Below are positions 1 to 8,126 of a DNA stretch of 64,000 nucleotides, in pieces; within the stretch, counting starts at the first letter, position 1; each line of letters starts with the position of its first letter. The stretch spans positions 1-64,000 of IMG/VR virus record IMGVR_UViG_2038011000_000015; one strand, given 5' to 3'. Position numbers and translations under genes: made by a program. Origin of the DNA: a virus (Duplodnaviria > Caudoviricetes). The notes beneath the pieces were generated by a model, which saw only the letters and a program-made list of their open reading frames with translations, ran no database searches and was not told the DNA's origin.

Positions 1-43
1 GGCGTTTTCGATGACTGGCGTATTGGTACGGTGAAGGTGAAGC

Positions 44-907
44 ATGCGAGCGCTTGTTCTTAGTGGCGGTGGTTCCAAGGGGGCCTATCAGGTGGGGGTT
101 CTCAAGAAGCTCCTGGTAGATGACGGTATACAATACGACCTGGTTACCGGGATCTCGGTCGGCGCGATCAACGCCAGCGTTCTTGCGCAGTTTCCGCTAG
201 GCCAAGAGGTTCAGGCGTGGGAAGAGTTGATGTCTCTTTGGAGTCAGGTGCGGACTTCGAAGGTGCGCAAAGGCTGGTGTTTGGTAGGTCCGATCGCAGC
301 GCTTTGGGAGTCATCTGTGTACAACAGCGACCCTCTGGTGAAGTGGATCCAGGGATCTTTGGACCAGGGGAAAATTATCGGCTCGGGCCGCAAGCTACGG
401 GTGTGTGCTGTCTCTTGGGATTCTGGCGAAAGCTATGTAGCGGATGAGCTGGACCCGGACATTGCGTCCTGGGTAGCCGCCTCGTCTTCGTTTCCGGTGA
501 TGCTCTCTCCGGTATCTGTGCGTGGGCAGTTATGGACGGATGGTGGGGTGCGCAACGTCACGCCGCTCGGTGAGGCGATCCGTGCTGGTGCTACTGACAT
601 TGATTGCGTGCTGTGTGCGGACCCGGACCTAGAAGAGCCGTTCCGCTCGGAGGGAAGAGCGGCCCTTCCGGGGCTCATGGTTCGAGCGCTGGAGTTGATG
701 AGCAATCAGATTATGCGTGCGGACCTAAAAATTTGCGGGCTCAAGAACGATCTTGCAGGGCCGTTCCGGCAGGTCAATGTCCGGGTGTACATGCCGGCTA
801 TCGATCTCGGCGACATCCAAGATAGTTTGGACTTCGAGCAAGAGGGAATCGCGAAGATGATCGCCCTTGGTTACGAGGATACTTCGGCGTATCCGAACGG
901 GCGTTGA
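44..907 (+). CDS. Patatin-like phospholipase
   Basis: Gly loop LSGGGSKG, nucleophile GISVG, catalytic Asp in DGG, and ASSSFP motif are all intact. Confidence 0.93.
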   Translation: MRALVLSGGGSKGAYQVGVLKKLLVDDGIQYDLVTGISVGAINASVLAQFPLGQEVQAWEELMSLWSQVRTSKVRKGWCLVGPIAALWESSVYNSDPLVKWIQGSLDQGKIIGSGRKLRVCAVSWDSGESYVADELDPDIASWVAASSSFPVMLSPVSVRGQLWTDGGVRNVTPLGEAIRAGATDIDCVLCADPDLEEPFRSEGRAALPGLMVRALELMSNQIMRADLKICGLKNDLAGPFRQVNVRVYMPAIDLGDIQDSLDFEQEGIAKMIALGYEDTSAYPNGR

Positions 908-930
908 ATAGATCCCTTGTGGTCGAGTTG

Positions 931-963
931 AAGCGGGCAAGACGAGAGTCGAGCCCGTTTTTT
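931..963 (+). terminator. Rho-independent terminator after the patatin gene
   Basis: AAGCGGGC-aa-GAC-gaga-GTC-ga-GCCCG followed by T6. Confidence 0.75.
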
Positions 964-1015
964 CGTCTGGGCTAATAGAATGCTTTTGTGCTTGCTCTTG
1001 CTAGAGGTGACCTAA

Positions 1016-1603
1016 ATGCTTCGCATCTTCCACACCCAGGCTGTTGCCGGTGGCATTCTGATCGATGACATTGATGACAATTTGCCCAATAAGACTCCGC
1101 ATCGGTTGGGATCCACTGGGGATCCCCGCGCGTACGTGCGAGACGGGTACGCGAATCAGCCTAAGCAACCATGCTACGTGCCGCGTATCCAGGTGACCAA
1201 CCCAACCGCACCTGGTTTCATCAACCTGAATGAAACACCGCGTGTTGTATTGTCAGCCGGCAAGGGCAAGATTAGTAAGTTGCGCGCTGCAGGGTTAATC
1301 CGCGTCGTATCCATCGATCCTTCGGATGTTGTGAGTCCGACGCTCGCCTCTGCGGTACTCGATGATGATCTCACGTTGACCGGTACAACCTTCGTATCGA
1401 TCGAGCCGGATATCACCGCTGTTGTGATCACGGGCGCGGGTGCGAAGACGCTGAGCACGGCAGACATCACTGCCGGGTCTGGTACAGCCTCCGCGACATC
1501 GATTGTGATTCCGGCGGCGTTGATCCCGGATGTTGCGGTGGGCGCGTCCTTCGTGCGTGTTGTTTCGAACGGCAAGTCGAGCCCGACAATCGCTGTCACC
1601 TGA
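1016..1603 (+). CDS. Virion protein with a C-terminal IPT/TIG-like Ig domain (putative decoration protein)
   Basis: SD GAGG; beta-rich C-terminus PTLAS..LTLTGTTF..SIVIP..VRV similar to the C-terminus of 2015..3076. Confidence 0.6.
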   Translation: MLRIFHTQAVAGGILIDDIDDNLPNKTPHRLGSTGDPRAYVRDGYANQPKQPCYVPRIQVTNPTAPGFINLNETPRVVLSAGKGKISKLRAAGLIRVVSIDPSDVVSPTLASAVLDDDLTLTGTTFVSIEPDITAVVITGAGAKTLSTADITAGSGTASATSIVIPAALIPDVAVGASFVRVVSNGKSSPTIAVT

Positions 1604-1619
1604 GAGGACCATCGCTAGT

Positions 1620-1994
1620 GTGGCCTATCCGCAGATCTCATGGATCTTGGAGCAAGAACCTTGGAATGACTTCCAATCGATTCGTAATGTCTGGCGGCCG
1701 CGCAATCTGTTGTTCCTTCGCCAAGTGCAGCTCCTTCTTAAGGACATTCAGAAGCGGTACACCGAGCTGGAGCTGGCGACGAGTGAGTTGCAAACGCTCG
1801 AGCAGGCCGCGCGGTACATCAAATATGTCCAGCGAATGCGGCTATGGCTGCGACAAGCCAGCTTTGTTTGGCAGACGGATCAGCTCAAGTTTATCACGTC
1901 CGTGTCTGGGTTCTACGCGGACTATGGCGCTCTACTACGCTTGTTAAGGACCGATCAGCAGCGCGGGAAGTTTTCGGAACCTGAAAAAAAGTAA
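1620..1994 (+). CDS. Hypothetical helical protein
   Basis: Fills the gap between neighbours; GTG at 1620 follows GAGAGGA (the track start at 1530 overlaps the upstream gene). Confidence 0.6.
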   Translation: MAYPQISWILEQEPWNDFQSIRNVWRPRNLLFLRQVQLLLKDIQKRYTELELATSELQTLEQAARYIKYVQRMRLWLRQASFVWQTDQLKFITSVSGFYADYGALLRLLRTDQQRGKFSEPEKK

Positions 1995-2014
1995 CACAAC
2001 AGGAGTCTAAGGAC

Positions 2015-3076
2015 ATGCGTATTGGAGTTATTCGCGGGGACATGCAGGGTCCGATCTCGATCATGGACGTGGAGCCGGTATCGCAGCACAACCCGCCCAC
2101 TGAGCCTCGTGGTCAGGAGCGGCGGTTTGGGCGGCCCACTTTGGCGGGCGTGAACGCGGCGTTGAGCGCAAACATCCCTGCTGGGTTTGAGGGCACCACG
2201 GATATCTCCGGGGGCTTGACCATCACGGGCTCGAACAACGAGTTGAAGGTTATCGTGACCGAGGAGGCGGGGGCGACGACCGTGGTGGTTGCGCAGGGCG
2301 TATACGGCTCAGGCGCTGCCCTGGTGGCTGCCATCAATGGCGCGCTGCAGGGGCTTGCCGGCGCCCGTCTCAGTGACGATGGGCTGCATGTGGTGTTGTT
2401 CAGTGCCGCGAAGGGTGAGGGTGCGTTCTTGGGACTGGAGGCTTCGACCCTAGGATCGGCGCTTGGCCTGTCCGCGGGTGAGTTCACGGTGCCATCGGTT
2501 GGCTCAATCATCACCGATACACTTCCGGTAGGTGGTCCACTCAACATCTCAGAGACAGCGCTACGCACGAAGTTCGGTGATGGTCCCTCTGAGGCTCAGC
2601 TTTCGGCGTTTGCTGACTCGATAGCGCCGCGTCTTGTGGAGACTGATGCGGTCATCAAGAGCTTTCAGGTTGGCATGATCGCGGGGTTTCGGGGCGCCAG
2701 CTACAATCCGGATCGTAGTCGTCGGCCGGCCCTCACTGCAGGACCGGCGATCGCGGTTGTGCAGGACGATGGAGTCACTCCCTACGTTGCTCCGACGACC
2801 ACCATTACGAGCGTTGCGGCGGCGAGCGGCGCGCTTACGATCAATGGCCAGAACCTCGGCAGTTCAGAGCACGAGCAGACCGTTGTTGCGGTCTATTCGA
2901 GCAAGGAAGGGCGGTCGTTGAAGCTCCATCAGCGAATCATACAGAATGCTGGCGGTTCGATCAGTCCAACTAAGATTGTGGTTCCAGCTTCGCTGCTTGG
3001 CGGTCTTGGGGTCTCGGGCAGCAGAGTTCGCGTGCAGTACACAAGCTTTGTTTCCGCGATTGCGACGGTTCCATGA
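2015..3076 (+). CDS. Virion structural protein with a sheath-insert-like module and a C-terminal Ig-like domain
   Basis: SD AAGGA; segment ITGSNNELKV..LVAAING resembles the sheath inserts; C-terminus TITSV..LTINGQNLG..KIVVP..VRV. Confidence 0.65.
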   Translation: MRIGVIRGDMQGPISIMDVEPVSQHNPPTEPRGQERRFGRPTLAGVNAALSANIPAGFEGTTDISGGLTITGSNNELKVIVTEEAGATTVVVAQGVYGSGAALVAAINGALQGLAGARLSDDGLHVVLFSAAKGEGAFLGLEASTLGSALGLSAGEFTVPSVGSIITDTLPVGGPLNISETALRTKFGDGPSEAQLSAFADSIAPRLVETDAVIKSFQVGMIAGFRGASYNPDRSRRPALTAGPAIAVVQDDGVTPYVAPTTTITSVAAASGALTINGQNLGSSEHEQTVVAVYSSKEGRSLKLHQRIIQNAGGSISPTKIVVPASLLGGLGVSGSRVRVQYTSFVSAIATVP

Positions 3077-3119
3077 AGCTTCTTCTTAGCTTCGCCTGAG
3101 GTCCGCGAGGGCCTCAGGC
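3075..3119 (+). other. Tandem intergenic hairpins
   Basis: GAAGCT-n7-AGCTTC, then an 11-bp stem GCCTGAGGTCC-gcga-GGGCCTCAGGC (GNRA loop); no U-tract. Confidence 0.65.
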
Positions 3120-3200
3120 CAAATTTGAACACACGACCATCGATACTTTAAATGAAGCTTCTATCGCTTTAGCGCCGTTGCGCTCAAATGAGGACGAAGG

Positions 3201-3449
3201 ATGTCAAAGACAAGTAAACCAGGGGAGTTTCGTACTCCTGATTTGTACTATGCGGCGTACCTGCAGACGGCGGGCGTAGGTCTACTGCGGACCGATCGGG
3301 AGGGCTCACGTGTCTACTTTATTTTTGACACCTCCCTCGGCAACATGGAAGAGCTGAAACAGGCGTGGATCAACAATACGGGTAAGGTTGCGGCGCAGCC
3401 TTATGCGTTTTCGATTCGGTCGTTGAAAGCGATCTGCCATATGCCGTAA
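3201..3449 (+). CDS. Small DUF5659-like phage protein
   Basis: T-x-DLYYAAYL..G..L..RVYFIF pattern; SD GAGGA/AAGG. Confidence 0.65.
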   Translation: MSKTSKPGEFRTPDLYYAAYLQTAGVGLLRTDREGSRVYFIFDTSLGNMEELKQAWINNTGKVAAQPYAFSIRSLKAICHMP

Positions 3450-3538
3450 GCAATCGCTTTCGAGTGGTTAATTCTTAGTTGAGTTCGATCAGGTAGCGGC
3501 GTTCGCGCCAAACATCGATCTCAACGGGGTGACCACTC

Positions 3539-3925
3539 ATGCCTGCAAAGAAGGAATCCCTTGCTAACGCGTTGCTGAATGCAGTCCTGCGCGGAGCAAC
3601 ATATCAGGGGCCTACGACCGTATACGCCGGTCTCGTTATAACAGTTCCGACCTCGACCGCTGCCGGCGTTGAAGTCGCGGGTGGCGGCTATACGAGGGTT
3701 CCAGTGACGTTTCGAGCTGCGGCCGCGGGAGCGACCAACAACGTGAGCGCTGTGACTTTTCCCGCTGCAACAGCTCCTTGGGGGAATGTTGTTGGAGTCG
3801 TGCTCTGTGATGCTGTCACTGCTGGCACCCAGCTGTACTTCGGGAGCCTCGGAAGTCCGAAGACGGTTGCGATTGGGGACCAGCTGACATTCGCAGCGGG
3901 CGCTCTCTCAGTGACAGAAGCATAG
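3539..3925 (+). CDS. Small virion/tail-fibre-associated beta protein (paralogue 1)
   Basis: EV-x-GGGY-x-R..VTF..N..V-x-FP-x-A..WG-x-V signature; paralogous to 4547..4927. Confidence 0.8.
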   Translation: MPAKKESLANALLNAVLRGATYQGPTTVYAGLVITVPTSTAAGVEVAGGGYTRVPVTFRAAAAGATNNVSAVTFPAATAPWGNVVGVVLCDAVTAGTQLYFGSLGSPKTVAIGDQLTFAAGALSVTEA

Positions 3926-3932
3926 GTGCACG

Positions 3933-4091
3933 ATGGCTATGATAGAGGTTGAAGTACACATGCAGGGGTCCTCTGACGCAGAGGCTGTGCCCGTCCGGCA
4001 GATTAGCGTTGCGGCGGTTCTGCGTGGGCTAAGCACTTCTGAGCCTGGTACGACGTCGCTGCCAGTCGAGCCAGAGGGCCACGACGAGTGA
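3933..4091 (+). CDS. Small hypothetical protein (52 aa, below the ORF-track cutoff)
   Basis: ATG at 3933 after AGGT, open to TGA at 4091; MAMIEVEVHMQGSS...; fills the gap. Confidence 0.45.
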   Translation: MAMIEVEVHMQGSSDAEAVPVRQISVAAVLRGLSTSEPGTTSLPVEPEGHDE

Positions 4092-4126
4092 GCCTATTCT
4101 CTCTATAGAGCGACAAGCTTGTGGAT

Positions 4127-4534
4127 ATGGCGACACGCGGCCGCATAGTGCAAGCGAATCAAGTGGTGCTGGCTCAAGCGGACTTTTTTGAGCCTGATGG
4201 CTTCACACGTGTAGCGTGGCTTGGTCCTGGTAGTATCGAAGCGCAGCTTTTCTCCAACAACACCGCGCTCGCGTGGACGCTTGTGTCTGGAGTCGCTGTT
4301 ACTGATGCGCAGGTCAACGCCGGGCAGATCTATTTTAGTGAGATTTCTGTTGTGCTTGGTTTCTATAGCGTGCGCTTCCGCCCGGATGGGTTGGGTTACT
4401 GGCGCCTAGTGTTGTCTTATCCAACGGGCAGGCAAACCTGTGTCTTGGAGTTCGATGTTGTTCCGTCAGCGCCCGTCATGGACGCGGGGCTACGAGCTTC
4501 GTTCATCAGGTCAGGTGGAAACTGTGGCTGCTAG
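4127..4534 (+). CDS. Hypothetical virion protein, Ig-like beta sandwich
   Basis: GFYSVRFRPDGLGYWRLVLSY strand pattern resembles 5443..6057 and the N-domain of 6360..7280. Confidence 0.6.
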   Translation: MATRGRIVQANQVVLAQADFFEPDGFTRVAWLGPGSIEAQLFSNNTALAWTLVSGVAVTDAQVNAGQIYFSEISVVLGFYSVRFRPDGLGYWRLVLSYPTGRQTCVLEFDVVPSAPVMDAGLRASFIRSGGNCGC

Positions 4535-4546
4535 CGGAGCTTGGGG

Positions 4547-4927
4547 ATGAAGTCGCACTACCTAGATAACCTCTACTTGAATGCGGCGCTTCGACGGATG
4601 CCGTTCACACCTCCGGAGACGCTTTATGTAGCCCTCTACACGGAGTTGCCAACGCCGTCATCGCCGGGGGTTGAGGTTTCAGGTGGCGGTTATGAACGGC
4701 AACTCGTGACCTTCGCGGAGCCGATCAACGGTCAAGCGAAGAGTGAGAACGATGTGGTGTATCCCATCGCGATAGAGCCCTGGGGTGACGTAGTGGGGTT
4801 TGCGCTCGTGGATGCTCTAGCGGGCGGTCATGTGCTCTATTTCGCAGGATTGGGGTATCCCCGTACTGTTGATGTGTCGGACCAGGTGAAGTTTCCGGCA
4901 GGGGCTCTGGTCTGTCAGGAGCGTTGA
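4547..4927 (+). CDS. Small virion/tail-fibre-associated beta protein (paralogue 2)
   Basis: GVEVSGGGYERQLVTF..WGDVVG..LYF..DQVKFPAGAL; SD GGAG before ATG at 4547. Confidence 0.8.
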   Translation: MKSHYLDNLYLNAALRRMPFTPPETLYVALYTELPTPSSPGVEVSGGGYERQLVTFAEPINGQAKSENDVVYPIAIEPWGDVVGFALVDALAGGHVLYFAGLGYPRTVDVSDQVKFPAGALVCQER

Positions 4928-5055
4928 CGACCCGGTGTACAGCGTAAGCAGCGAACACTCTTATCAATGTGCAGCTTAAGAGTGGGCCGCCTAAGCATTG
5001 AACGTGGCGCCGGTGTCACGTCAATCGATGTCCCTAGCTCAGAAAGCGAAGTCCA

Positions 5056-5364
5056 ATGACTCCCGTTGATATTGCGTTTGGTATCGTGTCTGTGCTGATG
5101 CTGGTCAGCCGTTTCGTCAACTCGGCAAAGCCGATCTGGGATCGGTTTCCCAAGCCGGTAGCGGTGTTGCTGCCGCCGATCGTGGTACTTATCCCGCAGG
5201 TCGTTGATATTATCGATGACACCAAGACATGGGCTGACTTGGTCAATTACTTGATTGCAGCGGCTGCTTTGGTGGTGGTGGGGTTGTTCCCAAAAAAGGC
5301 CGATGAAGCTACTCAAGGGAGCGACACGGGAGTGACATCGTCCCGTCCGAATCCCCCGCGCTGA
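5056..5364 (+). CDS. Small membrane protein, holin-like
   Basis: 2-3 hydrophobic segments followed by a KK-containing hydrophilic tail; holin function is inferred. Confidence 0.5.
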   Translation: MTPVDIAFGIVSVLMLVSRFVNSAKPIWDRFPKPVAVLLPPIVVLIPQVVDIIDDTKTWADLVNYLIAAAALVVVGLFPKKADEATQGSDTGVTSSRPNPPR

Positions 5365-5387
5365 ACAGTGCTGTATGGTTTGGTTTG

Positions 5388-5419
5388 GTCATCCCGAGGA
5401 CGTGGGTCTTTGGGATGAT
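5388..5419. other. Strong intergenic hairpin
   Basis: 13-bp stem TCATCCCGAGGAC-gtgg-GTCTTTGGGATGA with 2 G-U pairs; no U-tract. Confidence 0.65.
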
Positions 5420-5442
5420 AGCGCTTAAGGGGGCGGTCACGA

Positions 5443-6057
5443 ATGGGTGAGATCTTGTTGTCGGGGACACTGGGCGGCAGTAGCGCCGCGAGCGCGGGCC
5501 ACCTGTATGAGCTGCGTGATCCGCTTTTGGGCTCTAGCATCGCGATAACCGATGCTGTGCTAGTCCGGGAGACCCACGGGTTTGCCGCTGGCGACGGGAG
5601 TCTCGCTGCAGCAACGCCCGGTGCGCTTGTAGGGATTGGACAGCTCTGGGGGACAGTACAAGTCAACCGGCGTCCTCACACGGTCGCGGAGAGCCGGAAA
5701 CAACCGTGTTTCCGGTGGGGCCATCAGTTTCGCGCTGGCGACTTGGTGTTTCATTTGGCGGCACCGCCCGTTTGCATTGGGTACGCGCTCTACCGGATTG
5801 AACGTGGATGTGTACCAAAGCAGATGGGGCCGGCCCAGCGAACACCCGGTAGCAATGGGTCCGGCGTGTACTACGCGACTGGTACTGCGGGTGAGTGCGG
5901 ACAACCTGGGCTGTGGATGATTCGCTGGTGCTATCGAGAAGCCTTTGATGCGCCTCCAGTGAGTGTGGATTGCTACTTTTGGGTGATGGACGCTGTGCTG
6001 TGTGCGGTTGAAGCACGTGATACCTTGCCGATAATGTGGCCGTGGGGATGGGGCTGA
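5443..6057 (+). CDS. Hypothetical virion protein; C-domain paralogous to the N-domain of 6360..7280
   Basis: FRWGHQFRAGDL..IGYALY..GVYYA..GLWMIRW vs FYRGQQLGREDL..ISYSLY..GEYYA..GAYRIRW. Confidence 0.65.
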   Translation: MGEILLSGTLGGSSAASAGHLYELRDPLLGSSIAITDAVLVRETHGFAAGDGSLAAATPGALVGIGQLWGTVQVNRRPHTVAESRKQPCFRWGHQFRAGDLVFHLAAPPVCIGYALYRIERGCVPKQMGPAQRTPGSNGSGVYYATGTAGECGQPGLWMIRWCYREAFDAPPVSVDCYFWVMDAVLCAVEARDTLPIMWPWGWG

Positions 6058-6356
6058 TGTCAAAGCACGCGAAGTCGCCGCCCGGTTGGAGCAAGACCGT
6101 CGAGAAGATGAAAGAGGATCACAGCGACGAGATCGACAACCCGTTCGCGCTCGCATGGTGGATGCACAACGAGGGGTATACCCCGCACAACGAGAAGAAC
6201 AAGAAGGAGGCCCACCAGCGGAAGATCGCAACCAGGTCGGAGCTGCAAAGTGAGTTGCGTCGCTTGCTGGCGTACGTGCGTAGTCGCAGACCCTCAAGAG
6301 CGCGGCTTGCAACTGAACTATCGAGGCTCGCCGCACGTGTCGGAAAGCTCTGGTGA
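6057..6356 (+). CDS. Small basic protein with an NPFALAWWM segment and a shared C-terminal helical module
   Basis: TGATG coupling at 6055-6059; module shared with 7297..7782. Confidence 0.75.
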   Translation: MSKHAKSPPGWSKTVEKMKEDHSDEIDNPFALAWWMHNEGYTPHNEKNKKEAHQRKIATRSELQSELRRLLAYVRSRRPSRARLATELSRLAARVGKLW

Positions 6357-6359
6357 AGC

Positions 6360-7280
6360 ATGGGCACTACGTTTTATAGGGGGCAGCAACTCGGACGCGA
6401 GGATCTCAATATCTATCTCGTCAATACGGCCAACACGCCGGTGAACGCTGCTGAGATCTCGTACTCGTTGTACGATTTTACCACTGGTTACGAGGTGCCG
6501 GTCGGTACCCCGAGCATGAGTCCGGCCAATCCTTCAGTGGGCGAGTACTACGCGAGCGTCGTTGTTCCATTGGATGCCAATCTCGGCGCCTATCGGATAC
6601 GCTGGACATTCAAAGAGATCATCGGCGGGCCTGTACAGCAAGTGGTTCAGGAGTTCTCGGTCATCGATAAGCCGGGGTTGTCGAGTGTCAGCGCAAGCAT
6701 GATCACAGGTGGGGTGCCTTTTGCTACCACAGCGCAGCTCGATTTGATGGGGCGCTTGCGAATCCTCCTACGAGACAATCACCCGGACCGCAACTATAGG
6801 TTCAGACCGCCTGCGCACGAGGAAACGGTGTCACAGTTTAGCCGTGTATTCGGCCACATCTGGGAGGACGTGGAGCTTGTCGAGTACCTCGAGCGGTCGC
6901 TCGATATGGTGACGGCGGCGCCGCCTCGAACGCCGTTCCTGAATATTGAACAGATGGTGCAGTATCGCCCTGAGTGGCGGACGATCTTGCTTACGGGCGC
7001 GATGATGTTCGCCATTCAGGCGCTTCGTTTGAACTGGATCGCGGAGGAGTTCAATTACTCGATAGGCGGTGTCTCACTTGATCTTGAGAAGTCGAGCAAG
7101 TACGAGGGGGCCTTTTCGTCGCTATCTGATCAGTTTGACAAGATGCTTGAGAAGGCTAAGGGCACGATCAACGTGGTCAAGGGTTTGCAGCAGCCTCGAT
7201 TTGGAACAGGCCTGAGAAGCGCCTTTGGTCCGTATATGGGCCGCGGGGTTCTGAGTCCTCAGAAATTCGTCGGATTCTGA
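6360..7280 (+). CDS. Putative head-tail adaptor/neck protein
   Basis: Ig-like N-domain followed by a helical domain and the beta-hairpin FNYSIGGVSLDL, as in adaptor proteins; position in the cluster. Confidence 0.55.
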   Translation: MGTTFYRGQQLGREDLNIYLVNTANTPVNAAEISYSLYDFTTGYEVPVGTPSMSPANPSVGEYYASVVVPLDANLGAYRIRWTFKEIIGGPVQQVVQEFSVIDKPGLSSVSASMITGGVPFATTAQLDLMGRLRILLRDNHPDRNYRFRPPAHEETVSQFSRVFGHIWEDVELVEYLERSLDMVTAAPPRTPFLNIEQMVQYRPEWRTILLTGAMMFAIQALRLNWIAEEFNYSIGGVSLDLEKSSKYEGAFSSLSDQFDKMLEKAKGTINVVKGLQQPRFGTGLRSAFGPYMGRGVLSPQKFVGF

Positions 7281-7296
7281 TTGTGGAGGGAATGAG

Positions 7297-7782
7297 ATGC
7301 TTAAAATTGCTGATGCTGGTGAGCTTGAGTGTGAATTGCGGAAAATCTTGGCATACACGCAAACCGATACACCGTCGCGCGCTCGCTTGTCTTCGATGCT
7401 CACTACGCTAAGGCGGCGTCTTACCGCTGGGGCCTTCGTGGATGAGGCTTACTTACAAGAGGTTGCTGATCTGTTTCGGCGCGCTGTCGCCAAGACGCGG
7501 TTCATCATGGGGACACCAGAGTTTCGATCGACGGGCCCTGTTCTCTATATGAGGTGCCGTTTGCAACCATATAACGAGAGTGGCGTGGACTCTTTGGATG
7601 TTTGGATTAGAGACGGCGTAAAAGTGCGCGTCACGGTTGCTGGGCAGTATGTTCCCATGGATGTGAACGTTGAATCGCAGGGTTTTGGACAGGTTATGGC
7701 CGACGATAGTTTCGTGTATCAAGGCGAGCCGCCCGCACGTTTTGTCCAGCGCATCGCTAGGCTTGCTCTCACGATGAAGTGA
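7297..7782 (+). CDS. Hypothetical protein with the shared N-terminal helical module
   Basis: SD GGAGG; KIADAGELECELRKILAY..PSRARL. Confidence 0.75.
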   Translation: MLKIADAGELECELRKILAYTQTDTPSRARLSSMLTTLRRRLTAGAFVDEAYLQEVADLFRRAVAKTRFIMGTPEFRSTGPVLYMRCRLQPYNESGVDSLDVWIRDGVKVRVTVAGQYVPMDVNVESQGFGQVMADDSFVYQGEPPARFVQRIARLALTMK

Positions 7783-7785
7783 GCT

Positions 7786-7791
7786 GGTGTA
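7786..7791 (+). promoter_or_regulatory. GGTGTA promoter-like element, probably giving a leaderless transcript
   Basis: GGTGTA-N10-ATG(7802) with no SD; same geometry at the minus-strand gene starting at 19975. Confidence 0.5.
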
Positions 7792-7801
7792 ATGCGCACT
7801 C

Positions 7802-8083
7802 ATGTCGGAGACCAAGCAGCCCCTTACACCGAACGACCCTGTTTCACCTGAGACTCTCAAGAAGTTTGAGGAGCTTGATTCAGCGCGTTACGAGCTAGCC
7901 TCGCGATTGCTTGACTTGGAGCAAGAGCGAGTGCGATTGCTGGCTGCGGCGCATCAGGTTGATCAGCAGCGGCAGCGGCTCTTTGAGAAAGTGTTGCTCG
8001 AGCGTGGTCTTGATCCAGCTACCTCGGTGAGTATCAACGATAAGACCGGCGCGATCAACGTGCTCGAGAGCGCTAAGAAATAG
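7802..8083 (+). CDS. Small coiled-coil protein
   Basis: 93-aa ORF with heptad-rich ELASRLLDLEQERVRLL. Confidence 0.75.
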   Translation: MSETKQPLTPNDPVSPETLKKFEELDSARYELASRLLDLEQERVRLLAAAHQVDQQRQRLFEKVLLERGLDPATSVSINDKTGAINVLESAKK

Positions 8084-8126
8084 AGCTTTCATCTTGTGTC
8101 GCTCCTTAGAGGGGAAAGGCGACACG

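Noticed and set aside
44-907. CBASS operon (CapV effector)
   Set aside because: No CD-NTase or Cap2/Cap3 gene downstream. The upstream context is outside the window, so this is unsupported rather than excluded.
3094-3119. Canonical intrinsic terminators at 3094-3119 and 5388-5419
   Set aside because: Strong stems but no adjacent U-tract on either strand; kept only as hairpins.
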